From contig CM060731.1 of assembly GCA_030704615.1 (NCBI GenBank), forward strand, positions 23,002,001 through 23,066,000: a stretch of DNA of 64,000 bases, in the 5' to 3' direction. This document shows, piece by piece, positions 1 to 14,700 of the stretch. Position 1 is the first letter of the stretch, and the number at the start of each line of letters is the position of its first letter. Source of the stretch: Takakia lepidozioides (lineage: Eukaryota > Plantae > Bryophyta). Under the pieces are notes generated by a model. It searched no databases, had not been told where the DNA came from, and saw only the letters and a list, made by a program, of their open reading frames with translations. The position numbers and the translations under genes are program-made.

Positions 1-425
1 ACAGACACGCCTACTGATACTTTCATCCTCTTGGCTGTGGAGGTATTTGGCTATCTCCATCGCCAGTGTGACGACCTACTCCGTTCATGTGCCCATCAAG
101 CGGCTCAAAACAAGACCACGGACATTCCATATGCCTCTGTTCTTGTGGCTTTTTACAGACAAATTGTCGTTGCATTACAGAGAGCTCAGGCAATGGTCAT
201 TTTACATCGGGCGGACGTAACTGGATCAGCTTCATCCCACCTCCCAACTCTCCTAGACATTATGCCCATGTTGCCCTCCGACCTACTTCAGGCAGAGGTT
301 GGGATGACTGATTAGTTTGAATAGTTTAGTTTAGCTTGCTTCCCTTTCCTCCCTTCTTTGTTCTTTCATAGGTTTTGGGGTTTCTCTATCATATGTTCAA
401 ATACCTCATGTTTCATGTAAATAAA
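1..425 (+). mobile_element. Probable 3' remnant of a non-LTR retroelement ORF, cut by the window edge
   Basis: Peptide AVEVFGYLHRQCDDLL...IVVALQRAQA resembles the C-terminus of plant non-LTR RT ORFs. It is followed by a T-rich tract and AATAAA at about 420. Recognition from memory only. Confidence 0.35.
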
Positions 426-3400
426 GTTGTACAGGTATTCATCTTGACTACCCTCCAAGGACACGCCAACCCACAACCACCCCACAGACAAGAATGCAAA
501 GTAGATAAATATGCAAAAAATGATTGATTAGTAGATTATATATAAATCCCTAAATAATTGCGTTTGTCCAAGAACTAAGGAGCCAAAGTATTGGTCTAGT
601 TTGTATAGACTAGAGTAGCTTGTCAATCCAAGCGGACATGTGAGAAGGTTAGAGTGCTATAAATGAGTGAGTTGTAGCTCCATGGTAAGGAAGTCTAGAA
701 AGGTGTGGGGAGTGTAAGTGGGAGTATGCAAGGGAGAGTTTTTTTGGTTGTTTTAGGGCATTTGGGCGGAAGATCTTCTGTATAGCGTTGAAGGAGTATG
801 GACATGTAATGCAAATGTTGACCACGTGTGCAGGGGCATAAATGATATAGTGGGTTTGAATAGAACCTCTCCCGTTACCAGATCAACCTTTGAAGTCTTA
901 TGTTCCCAATGTAGTAACCTAGCGATCCATATATATATGTTGTGTTATTATGGGTGTGAATGTCAGATTGATATCTTTATCTAGGTTACATTTGGCTAGA
1001 GAGATATATAAGTTTGGTAGGTTTCTTGGTGGGTTGTTGTAGCATCTGTCAGATGGTTGTGGTTCCATAGCATGCTGGTTATGGATATGTGACAAGTAGT
1101 TAGTGTTGGTTTGTCAGTGATAATCGCTAATCATTTGAATATTATGTTGTAGATTATGGTTTCCACGAGAGCCAAAGAGGTTGTTGTTATGTTCCTAGGT
1201 GTTCACTTTGCTCGAGATTATTCTTTTTCATTACCACAGTACATAGTGGTGGCACATGATGTTCCATATTGGTCTATTATCATTTTTTGGGTTATGCCTT
1301 GTAAATTTTCTTAAAGCATACAGCTGGGTGTTTTGTAGGAAGGTGACCAAACGATATTGTTGTGGGTTGTAGAGACGATTATGTTTCAGTTATAGGAGCA
1401 TATGCTAAAACTTATGTTTGTAGTCTTGAGATTTTGGAGTGGTTTAAAAACAACAACCCGGTCGAACATTTGAGTAGCCACAATTTCAACCATCCCAAAT
1501 AGTTTGCAAACTCGAGGGAAAAAACCTTGCGCATCCTACTTATATGCACTGATTATGAAGAACAACCTCTGCAATGGACAGTCAAAGCAGTTTTTGCAAA
1601 TCAAAGCGAGCTTCAGACTTCACTCCACAACTATGTTACGGCCCTTTGCCTCAAGGGGGAAGAGGAATCGAGACACAAAGCGGTTGTCAAGTGATAGGGG
1701 CAGCTTTGAAATTGGCCAAGTCGATGAGGGCATCGACGACTCATTGTCGGTAGGGGAGTGTGTCACGGCCGTTTGCCTTGAGGGCAGGGATCGAGACACA
1801 TGAGGGGCTGCCCATGTGGTGGGGGCAGTGGAAAGCGGTAGTACTGGTAGTGGGGGGCTGAACGACCAAGTGAGTGCCTGGCTGAGGCACTCAACGGGGC
1901 GGAGGCACTTACTAGGCGGGGCTCCTAACCGATGGGCGGTGGGGATTCCAAGTATCTTGCGAAAGAGATGGGGGTTAACGACGTTGGTAAGTCTTGATAG
2001 ATGATCTGCTGTAATATGTAATCTTCCAGGTTTATGAACAACTTCAAAATCATACTCATGAAGAAGTAATAACCATCAAGCAACCCTACCACTAGCTAGT
2101 GGTCGATTTGCCAAATGAACCACGGCTGTTTCTAAGGGGGGGTGGACTGGCCAAATATACGACGCATAGGCGTCAAGTTTACAACTCCTAGGCGTCTCTC
2201 CCGAAAGGTCGTTAATTTGTGACATCCAAGGGTCGTTGTCAGGCTGGAATATGGATGCCCCATGGTGACGCTTTACCGTCGCCATTGAGGAAACTGTGAA
2301 CCCCCGAGTGTTATACTTTCCACCAAATTAAAAAATTAAAAATCCAGAAAAACATTTGATAGAAAATCTGTTTTTTCAACTCCCGATTGTTGTGCGACCC
2401 CGGAACCCCTTAGAGTAGACATGATTGGTCAATATAAAGTCTTTATACATAATCATTGTACTTAAGAAGATTTTCGTAACTTCTGTGTTTACCAACTTTG
2501 GAAATCTCCAGGCTCAGCCAAAAACCCAGCCCCTTTTGGGGCCTAGTTATTGGGCAAACCACACACAACATATTGATGCTTGTGTGAAGGGGGATATCTA
2601 GAAAATTTGGATCAATTGTCTATTCCACTTGGTAAGTCATACTACGGGCGTTAGCCCCTGACAAAGTAGTTTCTTTCCCCTCTATGTTCGGCTCAAACTT
2701 AGGATGGGGTTAATGGCCACAAGGCTGCGGCAAACAACGTCTTATGACTGTAGTATTCATGATAGACCAATACTGGGACTAGACATTATCAAACGGTGTA
2801 GGTTATATTATTCAGCAGACATATTTTGGGAGGAGAAGAAAATTATTTGTGATGTTCAAGTCTCAACATGCATACTATACTGCGTTGACATTACACCAAA
2901 AAATTATGCATTGGGAATTCAACAAGATAAGTTGACTGTCTTTGTTCAGTTCAATGTTCTGCATTTGTATTGCAAGTATCTACTTAATAAACATGAATTC
3001 TCGTCGCAGGCTCCCACTGTGTGAGACAAAATAGATGACAATTCACATCAATGCAAGAAAAAACAGATGTGAAGCTAGGTTCTTAAATAGAAAAATGGAT
3101 CCATGCCAAAGCAGGCATGACATATGGTGCATAATGCACCCCCGCAGGGCTATGGCCTTCTCCGTGGGAGATGGACACTTCCCAAGTGTTGTAACTGGTG
3201 CAACAAGATGGCCCAATCCTTTCTCCAAGGACGCACAAGCCCCCACGTACCCAAGCCATCATGTGGCCGGTTGATCATGTTTCCCCTCTTTATAGTGGAT
3301 GACATCAATTTATGTAGCTTTAGAACTTGCAACACAGTCTTGTGCCCTAATAACTGGGCCATATAGTCGATGCTTAGGTTGATTTCTCTTAAATTTCCTT

Positions 3401-4752
3401 TGAGGTGTATGGCCACAAGCTGTCTACGGCTTATCTATTGATTTGTTCCGCTGGCACTGTACCACAGCCTCTTCAATATCAGCAGGAAATATGCTTAAGA
3501 TGGGAGCCAGACGCATCATTAAGTCATTCCATAGTAACCAAACACTCCCATTAGAAACTTGTGTACTATCACCGAATGTTGTGTTTAATAGTAGTACTAG
3601 GGCTACGCGTTGCTCCACACTACTAGTGACGATTTCTGAGAGCAATGTTCATTTTGATTGGAATTATATTTTATTCAGAAAAAACAATAAGAACAATGTA
3701 AGACCTTAATGCAAGCATGCGATTTGACGACACTTTCGTCAGATTTTGGTAGGGTCGGCTCCTTAAGCTTTGTTGAGAAAAAGGGGATACATCGACCAAT
3801 TCCTTAATCCTTCCAAAGGAAAAGGCTCTACTCGAAAGCAAAAAGTATTCGGCTTATTTGCAACTTGTACGATTTTTTGTTGTTTCATACAGTTCAATCT
3901 ACTTGGAAGAGAGTAGGAGAGAATCCTACACACTCACTATTTGTATGAGGGAATTCACTTAGAGAGGTGCTTAGGCTATGGCTTGAGATTATGGCTCAAG
4001 TCTCCAAAGCTGCCGCTATGCTTTCATTTGCCAAGAGAGCTTTGTAGTTCTTCAGATGTGCATGTCTTTAAATGTATAGTAGGAGTTTTGGAGTTTGATT
4101 GGAAACAAGCTAAGACACTGTGTAATTTGATGAAGAGACTTGAAACTGACTACAAAATCAGCTTAGTTGGAATTTTTGGTCTTCAAATTTAAGTGTTGGG
4201 GTGGGTTGTGAGCTTCACAATAGAAAACCATGGCGGCAGCTTGAATGCCTTGCTTCAGAGATTGTAACAAAATTGGATGAGAGGTGTTGCATGAGAGATA
4301 TGAAGGTATAGTGATGGCAGCATTTGCCCAACTCTGAAAGGAGAAGGATTATGATGGCTGGACCTTGATTTTTAACCCACTGTAGCTAGGCAGTAGGCAT
4401 TCACTCTCTACCTTTGAGGTTCTAATTCATGCACACTTAGGCATACTCTGGTTTCGTTCTCTCGTTGCATCATGCATTAGGTTCTAGCTGGAAGCTCGTA
4501 TCTTAGGACTATTGGTGATGGGTACTTGCTATTCACTGGGACAACAGGTGCTATTCAGAATTCCGTGACATTCTTGGGTGCACGATCAGCCAATGTGATA
4601 ACGTTAGGGTGCAGGTCTGGTTCCTGTTGGATTACTTGGATGATCGAGCAATGAGGGAAGGATAAAAGGATGAGAGAGAATGTTTTCAGAATAATTACCG
4701 GGAAGAACTAGTACTTATTTTAATGCATTTAAAATGAATACCATGTAGAAAT

Positions 4753-5096
4753 TGTTGGAATTCGACATAGAATAGAGATAAAAGATAAATTGATTACTGA
4801 GAACTCTCCACCCAACCATAGGACCACATCAAGCTGTGTCCACCTTTGAGCTCTCCCTATTTATACTCAAAATCTACTCCAGGAATACTTGAGATAACTA
4901 TAGCATACAGCCTAAATTATCTCCAACTGCTATTCTGGTACACTAATCACTAATAACTGAAGCTAATTTTACCTAACTTTTAGCTAACTGAGGCTTATCT
5001 CTATTGTTAACTGTGACTTATCAGCACTGCTATTATTGAAGTGTGACTTGAGTAACTCTGAGTAGCAGTAACTTGGTAAGGAGTTGATTTCCAACA
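4753..5096 (-). repeat. 3' LTR (344 bp) of a Ty1/copia element
   Basis: TG...CA ends with a perfect 8-bp inverted repeat (TGTTGGAA at 4753, TTCCAACA at 5089-5096). It lies just downstream of the RNase H end and a short purine-rich tract (AAGTATGGG on the minus strand). Confidence 0.75.
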
Positions 5097-5099
5097 CCC

Positions 5100-5960
5100 A
5101 TACTTAACGAGTTACCAAGTTAAACACTTAACTACTCTCATCAAGCCTCGAAAGCGTTCAAGCTTTTCAGCACTAAGCCCTTTTGTCAGAATATCTACAA
5201 CCATGTTGTTGGTGTTGCACTATATCAGTATGACAATTCCAGCTTCAGTCTTCTCTCGTACCAGATGATGATGAATCTCAATATGCTTTGTGCGAGCATG
5301 AAACGTTGGATTCTTCGAGAGAGCAATACACCCTTGATTGTCATCATATATGACCATGGTATCCATCTGTTGACGACCAATACTTGAGAGAAATGATGAT
5401 AACCATAATTTTTGCCTTGTAGCTCGAGATGCAACCATATATTTTGCCTCAGTTGAGGTCATAACAATTGTAGATTGCTTCTTACTGCTCCAGCTAATCG
5501 CTCCATTTGCTAGCATAAAAACATAGTTAGATGTAGATTAATGACGGTCATCAACATTACTAGCCCAATCTGCGTCACAATAGCCGTATAGCTCTATGCT
5601 TTTGTAAGCACTATTTGAGATATCATATGAACCCACTTGATCCAACTGAACATTATCATTATTCTTTCTCAAGCACAGACCATAGTCCAGTGTGCCTCTC
5701 AGACAACGAAAAATCTGCTTTACTGCAGCCAAATGGAGTTGCTCGGGGTTAACCACAAATTGGCTTACGACCCCCACTGCTTGTGCAATATCTGGCCTTG
5801 TACAGACCATTGCATACATGAGACTTCCCACAACACTCTAATAGGGAACATCTCTCATTGTCTCCAAGTCTGCAGCACTTTAGGACTCATCTCAGAGTTT
5901 GCAATTTGGGACAAATGGGGTGTTTACCAACATATTTTCAACCATACCAAAGCGCCTTAA
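5100..5960 (-). mobile_element. Degenerate Ty1/copia RT-RNase H fragment
   Basis: Copia motifs GSLMYAMVCTRPDIAQAVGVVSQF, LYGYCDADWA, GAISWSSKKQ, STEAKYM and FHARTKHIEIHHHLVREK, split by stops. Confidence 0.92.
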
Positions 5961-8520
5961 GATATCTTCAAGATACTTACGTTGGTTCAGGTAAATCGCT
6001 CAGTTTTGTCGAACACAATATACCAATCCCTCGAACCAGTTATGGATCTCTTTCAGATCCACCATCTCAAACTTCATGAGATATCGCTCTAAGTTTTTTT
6101 TTTTTAACAGAGCCAAGTCATTAGAGACCAAAATCAGATCATCCGGATTTGGCCTCCACAAGAGGCTATGAAATATTGCTCAAATTCCAAATCCCTCGCG
6201 AGCTCAAATTCCAAATCCCTCTCGCGAGGGAGTGACTCTCTTCACACCTACACCTTGGTCCAAATTGTGCCCACATCCAATGGTAGAAATTGTAAAATTT
6301 GCCGGCCCGCCACCCCCCCAACCCCCCAAATGGCCTGAAGTGTTGTCCAATGAGTGATGGCCACGTAGCACTCAATGCTACGTGGCCCCCCCTCCATGCA
6401 AGAGCATTTCTGACCCACCGGTTTTTGGAAAATTGTGGACGTGGCAGACTTTCTCCAAATGGCATGCTGCCAATTGGAGATGATCTGCCATGTCATCAGG
6501 TCTAATTTTGTTTAAGAGACGAAAAATTCCTTTGATTTTTCATGTTCTATTCCATAGGAAGTTAAGGGTTAATGCAGTTTCAGGGCCTCCGTCAGGCTTT
6601 TAAGGGCAATTTTTGCTGAAGTATGAAATCTATTTCCACATCGGTGGATGTAGTTGTATCCGAGAACAGTTATGATCCAACGGTGCTATTGGGTTGTCAT
6701 CGGTTCTCAAGCCGGTCCCACTGCACTTTTAGAAATCCTCTCTGCTTTTTTATTTCTTTGATTCTTCATGTAATCCTCCCAAATTTCATGGCACAAAAGC
6801 TCAATGCATCAGTCTAGTGGGCAGCATCTGTGCATGATAGCTTGTACATATAGAAGAAGCTGGTTCATCCAAGTATCGTGATCGCCTTGCAGGACACCTT
6901 CAACAACTGCCCTCATAAGCACAACTCGTCTACCCGGGCCACAAGCTTGGACGTTTGCCATGATCGGCAGCTTGATGGTCTACATATGTGAGAAATTATT
7001 CCAAAGGGTCTCACAGTTTTCAATGGTATCCCCTGGTTCGCTCTCATCATCGCTTGATGATAAGCGTTGATGATAGCAAGCCTAGGCATACTTGATAATT
7101 ATGAGAGACTTTTGAATGATATCTCACCTATGTGTCACAAACTATCCTGTAGAGGTCTGTGCCTAGTCAGACCATCTCTAGTATGTTTCCTGAAGGATTC
7201 AGTTTCCTCTCTCTAGACTAGACAACAAACTTGTAGGGAAATAATATCAAACTGCAGTGATTCTGTCTTAAATTCTGGATTTATTGAAGTTCATGTGTTA
7301 GTATTCAGAAACTTGAACTTGCTTGAGAAGTACCATCTACTCTTTAAAGTTTCTGGTTCTTGTTGTCTCAGTACCAGCGTCGACCTGCAAACTTCTAACT
7401 CCTGACTTGTGTCCAAATGGCCCCTTTTACGGTCTAAGTCAAACCCCTCTAGTGTTTCGGTGAATGGAGACACTAGCAGTTGTGTCATTTCGATGTTGAG
7501 ACCACTTGAATCTGGGATGTCCCATCAGGTTCTCTTCCTCGGCTGTAACTCTCTATATCTAGAACTCCAATTCCCTGACGTCTGGAATATGGGATATGAA
7601 CTGCCACACGTCCAAGTCTGAGCGACAAAAGTTTTTTTGGCGCTCCAGATGTCGTTGGCAAACGTCAACATATTCTCGTCTGTTTGATTACTCCCATTGA
7701 GGAGATGTTGTGGAGTTGTCATGAGAGTGAAGACTATCTGGGCATGAGACGTAGCTAGCATCATAGTGTAGATGCGAGCACTGAGATTCGGGACATAGAT
7801 CCCACAGCACTGTTTGCAGCTGTGAGGAGTGAAGAACCCAGGAGAATGCACTAGTGTGGGATGTAGAATTGATAGCAGAAAGCTTGATGAGGAGAGAAAT
7901 TTAGGGGCAAGAGTTGGAAGTGATGGGGGCAATGACAGTGAGCCCTAAACAGCTGAATACTACATGTTGAAATGAGAGGGGGCACCTATAGATAGATGGC
8001 CCTAACAATATGCAAGAAAAGTATTGAAAAAAGAGGTGGACATCATGTACTAGCTGTCTGCATGAAACATTGCACATGTCATGTAATGTTTAGATACCAA
8101 TCCAATACCAGTATGGAGAAATTAGCAAAAGCATTGCAAAATGGCAGATTGCAGATTGCAAAATGGGAAGATGCCACCTCTTGATGCTGCATTAGCCCAA
8201 GTGGTCCACCACACATATCTGACCGGAAATACAAGACAATCCTCAAGAGTTTACAAAGATCAATGTTTCAGTACATGGTAAATTCAACAAAGGCAGGAAG
8301 TGAAAAAGTTTTTAGTAATGTTTGATCTCGGGAGTCTTCTCTCATTCCTCTATCAAGAAAACCAACAAACAATTGTAGGTACAAAACTGAATTGACAGGA
8401 TCATTAGCAGTCTGGATCTCATTGACAATGTATTCCACTGGATGTTGGACGACATTACACCAGCACAAGTGTCTCCCATTACAATTACAGAGTCACCCCC
8501 AAGAGAAACAACTCGCTGTC

Positions 8521-8600
8521 ACTAACTCAATGTGACTCAATGTGACTCAATGTAACTCAATGTGACTAACAACTCAATGTAACTAACAACTCAATGTGAC
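8521..8600. repeat. Short tandem repeat of about 10 bp (ACTCAATGTG/A) in the predicted FY 3' UTR
   Basis: About 6 copies of (A/G)ACTCAATGT read directly. Confidence 0.8.
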
Positions 8601-8733
8601 CAATTTATCATATCCAAGTGAAGCTACCAAATGGGGACAGCTCATCAAAATTGGATGAATCCTCGTACCAAGGAGATGCAATCCCGATGCTTGTAATTCT
8701 AAAGTAGCATTCCTCCCTGAAGGAGAGGTAGAC

Positions 8734-11700
8734 CTACACATGAGGGCCAGGTGGGTGATGTGGAGGGACACCCATGCTCATACCCATAGCGCCGTTCATA
8801 TTCATATTCATACCATGTGATCGCATGTCCATCATATTTGGAGGTGCACCTCCCTGCAGCCAATCCCCCCTTCTCTCAACTGGGAGCAGATGTGGTTGCC
8901 TTACATTCCCCAAGCTCTGAGTGTCCTACACCAAGTTATACATCAGAAGCTGGCAGAGAAAGCAATTAGTAACAAGTTAAAATTAGAAAGTACAGAAGCT
9001 GAAGTTCCCGTACCTGGAAACCAGGTACCATTGGCCCAGGGATGGGCATATATGGCCCAGGACCACCACCCATGCTGGGAGGGCGTGTTCGGAATGGTGC
9101 GGGTGATCCACCCATAAACTCCTGCATAGGTGGGTTGGGACCCATGGGCGGCCGCAGTTGAGGTGGACCCTGGGAACCCATGATGTTCGGCATGTGTTGG
9201 GTTGGCAACATGAGTGGACCTGCAGGCCTAGGCTGCCCAGGACGTGCAGGAGGTGGCCCAGATGGAGGTTGTGGTGGTCCCACGGGTCGTGGTGGCTGCT
9301 GCTGCTGCTGATATGCTGCTGCTGGGTATGGTGTGGAAGGTGGGTGTGGCCCCCGTACAACAGGATTTGAAGCTAGCATCATACCCTGCATTGGTGGCCT
9401 GGCAGCCACACCTGGATCCAGTGATGTTGCCATACCAACACCTGGTATGGCGCCCTCCCCATGTACCGGCCCGCCTCCCACAAAACTTCCCAGAGTGTTG
9501 GCCCCCACTGCCTGTGACTCAGTTGCACTGGCTCCTACTCCCAGTCCATCAAATGTCCATGGCATCATTAGCAAATAGCTGTATCAAGCATCAAGGGGCT
9601 CTCCAACTCAAACTCCTTTGAACAATGACAACAAGCTGCAGGAGTCTGTAAGTTCAAAAAGTTGGCACTCATCTGAGGAGCAATTTTCAGAAAGTCGCAC
9701 TGCAGCACTAGCAGACACTTGGCAAGCAAGTAAGGAAGCTCAGGTTATATTTACGGGTCCTTCAGTCTTGAGCTGAACTCAAAAAGAAAAATTCAAACAT
9801 GTGGATAAACCTCACCTTGTAAATGGAGGCTACTATGACGATTGTCTCGAAGAGTCTCTCCAGGACGATTCCTACACCAGAACTTGGTGGTATGGTCGTT
9901 GCTCCCACTGTTCACATCATACATACCCACTGCCACTTATGTCACTAGTTACAGAACTCAAGGTCTACAGCCAATCAATACTTGCCACACCGCCAAGATG
10001 GTTGAAGAACCAGCAACTCATTATCCAGATGTTACCAACAAGTACAAACGTTGGAATTTGAAGCCTGAGGAAGAACCCTCTAGGCTGTATGGATACAAGG
10101 CGAACTCCATATCTTCACTCATCCTTCCCCACCTCCACTGTTGTCAACATCTCTTTGAATGACAGTGATCACACAAGGAGACAGTAACAGGAACTTGCCA
10201 AGAGTCACTACCTTCACAAGTATTGCCAAGGTAGTGGGGGATCCTTGAAGAATACCTGCAGAGAATATGCCCCATGGGATGCCACGCCAGATCCCACACG
10301 CTGCTTTCATGTGCATTGGCCACTTCCGCTTGTGGTCCTTCATGCCTAACCCCCCCAACTTTTACAAATGCATCCTAATCATGCCCTGCTTGCATGGTCA
10401 AATCTCGACAAAACAGACTGATACAAGTCCTCGGTAGTGACTCAGATAAAGAAGCATCTAACAATGACAATTATTTAGACATGAGTCCAAGCGGAGAGGT
10501 AATTACCCAACAAGCCAGTAGATAATGCTGCCGTCATAGCTCCCACTGACAAAGAGCTCCTCATGGAATGGATGCCATGCTAATGCTGCAGGTCACATTG
10601 AGTGATCAAGCTTATCAACCCGTTCAGCAATTCATGCGTGAATTTATGTCTGTTCTGTCTGTAGATGTGTAAATCTGGAGGTGTTTTAGACTGCATACTC
10701 ACATGACTGACATGCTTAGAACAGGATGTTTGTGGTAAAAAGGTGCAAGAGGAGGAAGAGGGCAATCAGACCTGTAACTTCCTTGCGATGCCCACGGTAT
10801 GACTCCAACTCCTTCAGCATTCGTATATCATACAGCTGCCCTTACACACAATGCACATTGAAAAATTAGCATTTCATACTCACCACCAAACCAAAATGTT
10901 ATCAAAGCTATCGAAAGATACAGGCTAGTCACAAAGAAACATACCTTTATTGTGTTATCTCGGGAGGCAGTTAATATCCAACTGCCATTGCTGTTCCATT
11001 TGACTGATAGCACTGTATTTTTGTGGCCGTGCCTGTGCATTAACCCACCAAAAGCCCCAATCTTTATGACCCTCCCCTCCTTAGAACGACTGACCTACCT
11101 ACCTACACAACAACAAGAAAAGAAGGCCACAGTGGATGTGGTCATTAGGTCCCCCCTTAGTTAATTCTTCTGCTAGACGCGGATGACAACCTTCCAATCT
11201 AACGCACTCAGCTATGAACTTCAGATGGGATGAATTGGCATCAGAAAGGGAAGGAAAGGGAAGGTACAGGGTGCAAAGCTCTCGACCAGTCTTGGCATCC
11301 CAAAGTTTCACCAGGTTGTCCTTCGCTCCTGCAAACCTCCACCATCCTGCTACTTCAGTCCTGGGTATCGTAGAATGGTCACTAAGCATGCTGAATAGTA
11401 CTGACCAGAATGCAGTTTTAATTCAGTCTACCCACTTGCAAGACAAGTGAATGAGATCCAACAAAAGGTGGAAAACTGAATTTCGTCTAACATCTCACCA
11501 GAGACAAGGAGAGATTTTTGGGGATGCCAGTCCACGCTCTTCACATCCCAGCCATGCCCTGCCAGAGACATCCATGCCCCTTCCTCTCTGTCAAATAAGC
11601 AGCTCTCCCAGCTTGCTAGTGACCTCACAGCTTTCTGCCAGTTCACCAGGCATACATATATTCTGTATGATCCTAGTCAATTGTTGAGGTGTGACCGAAA

Positions 11701-14700
11701 AGAGTGATACATAAAGAGTCATACAAAAGAGTGATACACATAGGAGGTGCTGTATGAGTGCCTACAGTCACCACAAAAAATGTAAATGAATATGCAGGGA
11801 AGAAGAGAGGTAAAAAGTGAAAGTAATTGACCAGTCAATGAGCGCTCCTCGATGCATCGAGCAAAGTCCCAGACCTTAACAGTAGTGTCATCAGAGCATG
11901 AACAAAACTTGAGGTCTGTACTCGAAAAACTGCCATGCAAAGTCAGGTCACCATCATCTTTCTTGTGCAGCATAGGAAGTCAGAAACTCAGGTACATGCA
12001 TGTGCTGCAAACTCCCTGCCAAGACATGGTCGTTCTTTCTTCTACTCAATAACTCCTAAGCATAATAGTTTTCCTTTCTAATCCAACTCCTACCCACTTC
12101 TCGTTTGAGGTGACACTGTTGTGTACGTCAGAAAGAGAGAGTATTAGTATATGACACCTCAGGTCACGAATTGCTTCCTTGTGGGCAATCTTGTTGGCCT
12201 TCACATTATTCATATTTGTCTGCCAGTACCTGCAAAATTCACCAACACCCTTGGCATCATCCATCTAAATATACCTGTCCGGCTTAAGCACTTTCAGGTC
12301 TTCAAACCAAACTTACAAGACAGAAATTTGACTGGTTACTTAGACCACAGTCACATACGTTGCCACCATAAACCATACGGAATGGGAGAGAAATCTACAA
12401 ACTTTATGCAGCCGCCATCATCACCAGTCACCATCCAATTCTCGTTATGACTCCATATCATCGACCGCACTGCTAGGTCATGAGCCTGCATCAACAAACC
12501 ACCAAAACCCACCAAGGATAACTTCCCAATGTACCATAAGTTATCAACTGTTTGCAATCCCTTCCCCCCCTGCGTGCAACTGATGCATGTTTCAGTTCTA
12601 AACTCCAATTTTGGCTTCTAGAACCCTCACACCCAAATATCACTTCACAGATCAGTGACGCAGCCAACCGGTCAACTATTCTGTACAGGCAGTTCACTGG
12701 CAAGGCTGAACTGAAAATACTATGGTTCAATGAGTACCTGCAGGATCATTTCAAAATTAAATGACTGTCCATTCCATAGTGTGAATTCTCCACTCTGGGA
12801 TCCTGTGATTAGCCTTCGTCCTGTTGGTGTCCACTGCAAGCCCATAAAGAGCAACGGTAAAGAGACAAGATCTACCATCCTACTTCATGCAAGAAAAGCA
12901 ATAAAATAATCCTGTGCCACAACCCCCTTTCAAGAAACCCTTCACTGAACTAACCCGTTTATTTTGTAACTGACCCAGAAAGTTGGCCAAATGATTAACC
13001 GAAACAGCACCTTTTCTGGGAGGATACACTCATGGGACGTCTTAGAATGCCGTGGAGCAGCCATTACAGGATGAAACTGAATTCATGGTTTGGAAGTGAA
13101 GAAAATGATTCAGACCTCTAAGAGTAACATCCTGACTGGACTTCAATTTACTTGTAGTCAAGAAATTACACTAGAGGAAAAAGTGAAGCTGCTGCTTCTT
13201 GAGTACAGACGGGAAACAGAAAAAGTGGAGGCAGCCATTGGAGAGTGTATGCACATTCATGACACCAGCAACGGCACGGAAGCTGGGGCTCCCGACAATT
13301 GACATGGGGGCCTCTATTGATGTGTGCTCTGCCAAAGGAGAGCCACAAGTGGCGACGAGAATGGCGTTCAACGGCCCTCTCCGACTAGGAAGTTGGGAAG
13401 GGCCTAAGGACTTCCCGATTTCCGAGGTAGATGGAGTCGACCTCATTCTGGGAATGACGTTTTTGAGCAAACACGGAGTGGTCAAAGAGGGCCGCAAAGA
13501 GGTTGGTCACGTTGCCGCGTGGGAACAGTAGCGAAGTCTTGAAAGTTTCGGAAACGCCCAACCGAGTTGGAGGGCGAATAAACCTATTAACGGCGCAGGA
13601 GTGGGGAACAGGTTGGTTACCAGGACGCGATTAATCGAGCAGCGCACTTTGTTGGTGGATGCATGCACAAACTTGGTGGTGAAACTGGTAGCCGGGTTGT
13701 CAGGATAGGCCACTGTTGGAAGCACCTGCTCCTCCCTCCAAAGCACCCCCTCAACTGTCACTTTCATCATGTCACCACTTACCATGGTTGGGACCTTGCT
13801 GGCTCAACTCTAAAAGAGCCATGCCAGCAGGCAGCACAGTAGCTCAAAAGACTGTATCCTCACAACTGCCAAACGCCCACATCAATTTCTTTGCACTCCT
13901 TCCACATTAATGACCCATTACTCATATGTAGTATCACAACCCCTGGAAGTAAGGCAGATGATAGGATCTGGTGCACCATTCTTAGAGGCAGTGCAATAAC
14001 TATTCCTTAACATTGAGGGTTGTCTTGGCTTGTCTGCTGTTTGGAAGCAGGGGCACGGGGGCACACTGCATGTTGATGGGCGTCTTACACAACCAAGCAC
14101 CCACATTGTATTTACAAGACAGAATAATTCCACAATGGAGGATAAACCAGATGGAGGATAAACCCTAAACCCTGGAGTAGGAGTACTCACATCCACGGCA
14201 GCTGCTGTAGTCCGCTGCAACACAGGGGCATCACTCACATCCCGCTCCCATGTGCGCATCTACAACACCACCATCTAAGCTTAGCTCTTTCACTTCATTG
14301 TCACTTAGGTCTAACGTATTGTACTTTAGCAGATAACGAACTGCTGACAATGGCCACTTGGAGCTGTCACCATCCTCTCCCACCCTTCAAATCAGTCTGC
14401 TTCCCATGATTCCCTTCCACTATTTGTCCTACAAGGAAGCCCACAACATGTCCACAAGCAGACAATCCACTAGGGTAAAGAGGAGAGGCTCATCACATTG
14501 GTAAACATCCAGAAAGAGGAAGACCTGAATGTAGCGTACAACAGTGGAACTGTAGTCCACCGTTCGACGATGAACAGGCTTGCGCATGCGTTTCCCTGTT
14601 ATTCGCAACCACGCTCGCTTTAAGCCCTACCTCTTCTACGTTCATTGCAAACGCTGTGTTGTACCATGAGCAAGCGCAACCAGTACATGCTTGTGTCCTT

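Noticed and set aside
430-4700. Short ORFs and possible degraded TE sequence
   Set aside because: No recognisable domain motifs or termini.
6830-7980. Possible further retrotransposon coding remnant
   Set aside because: I could not identify gag, integrase or RT motifs with confidence.
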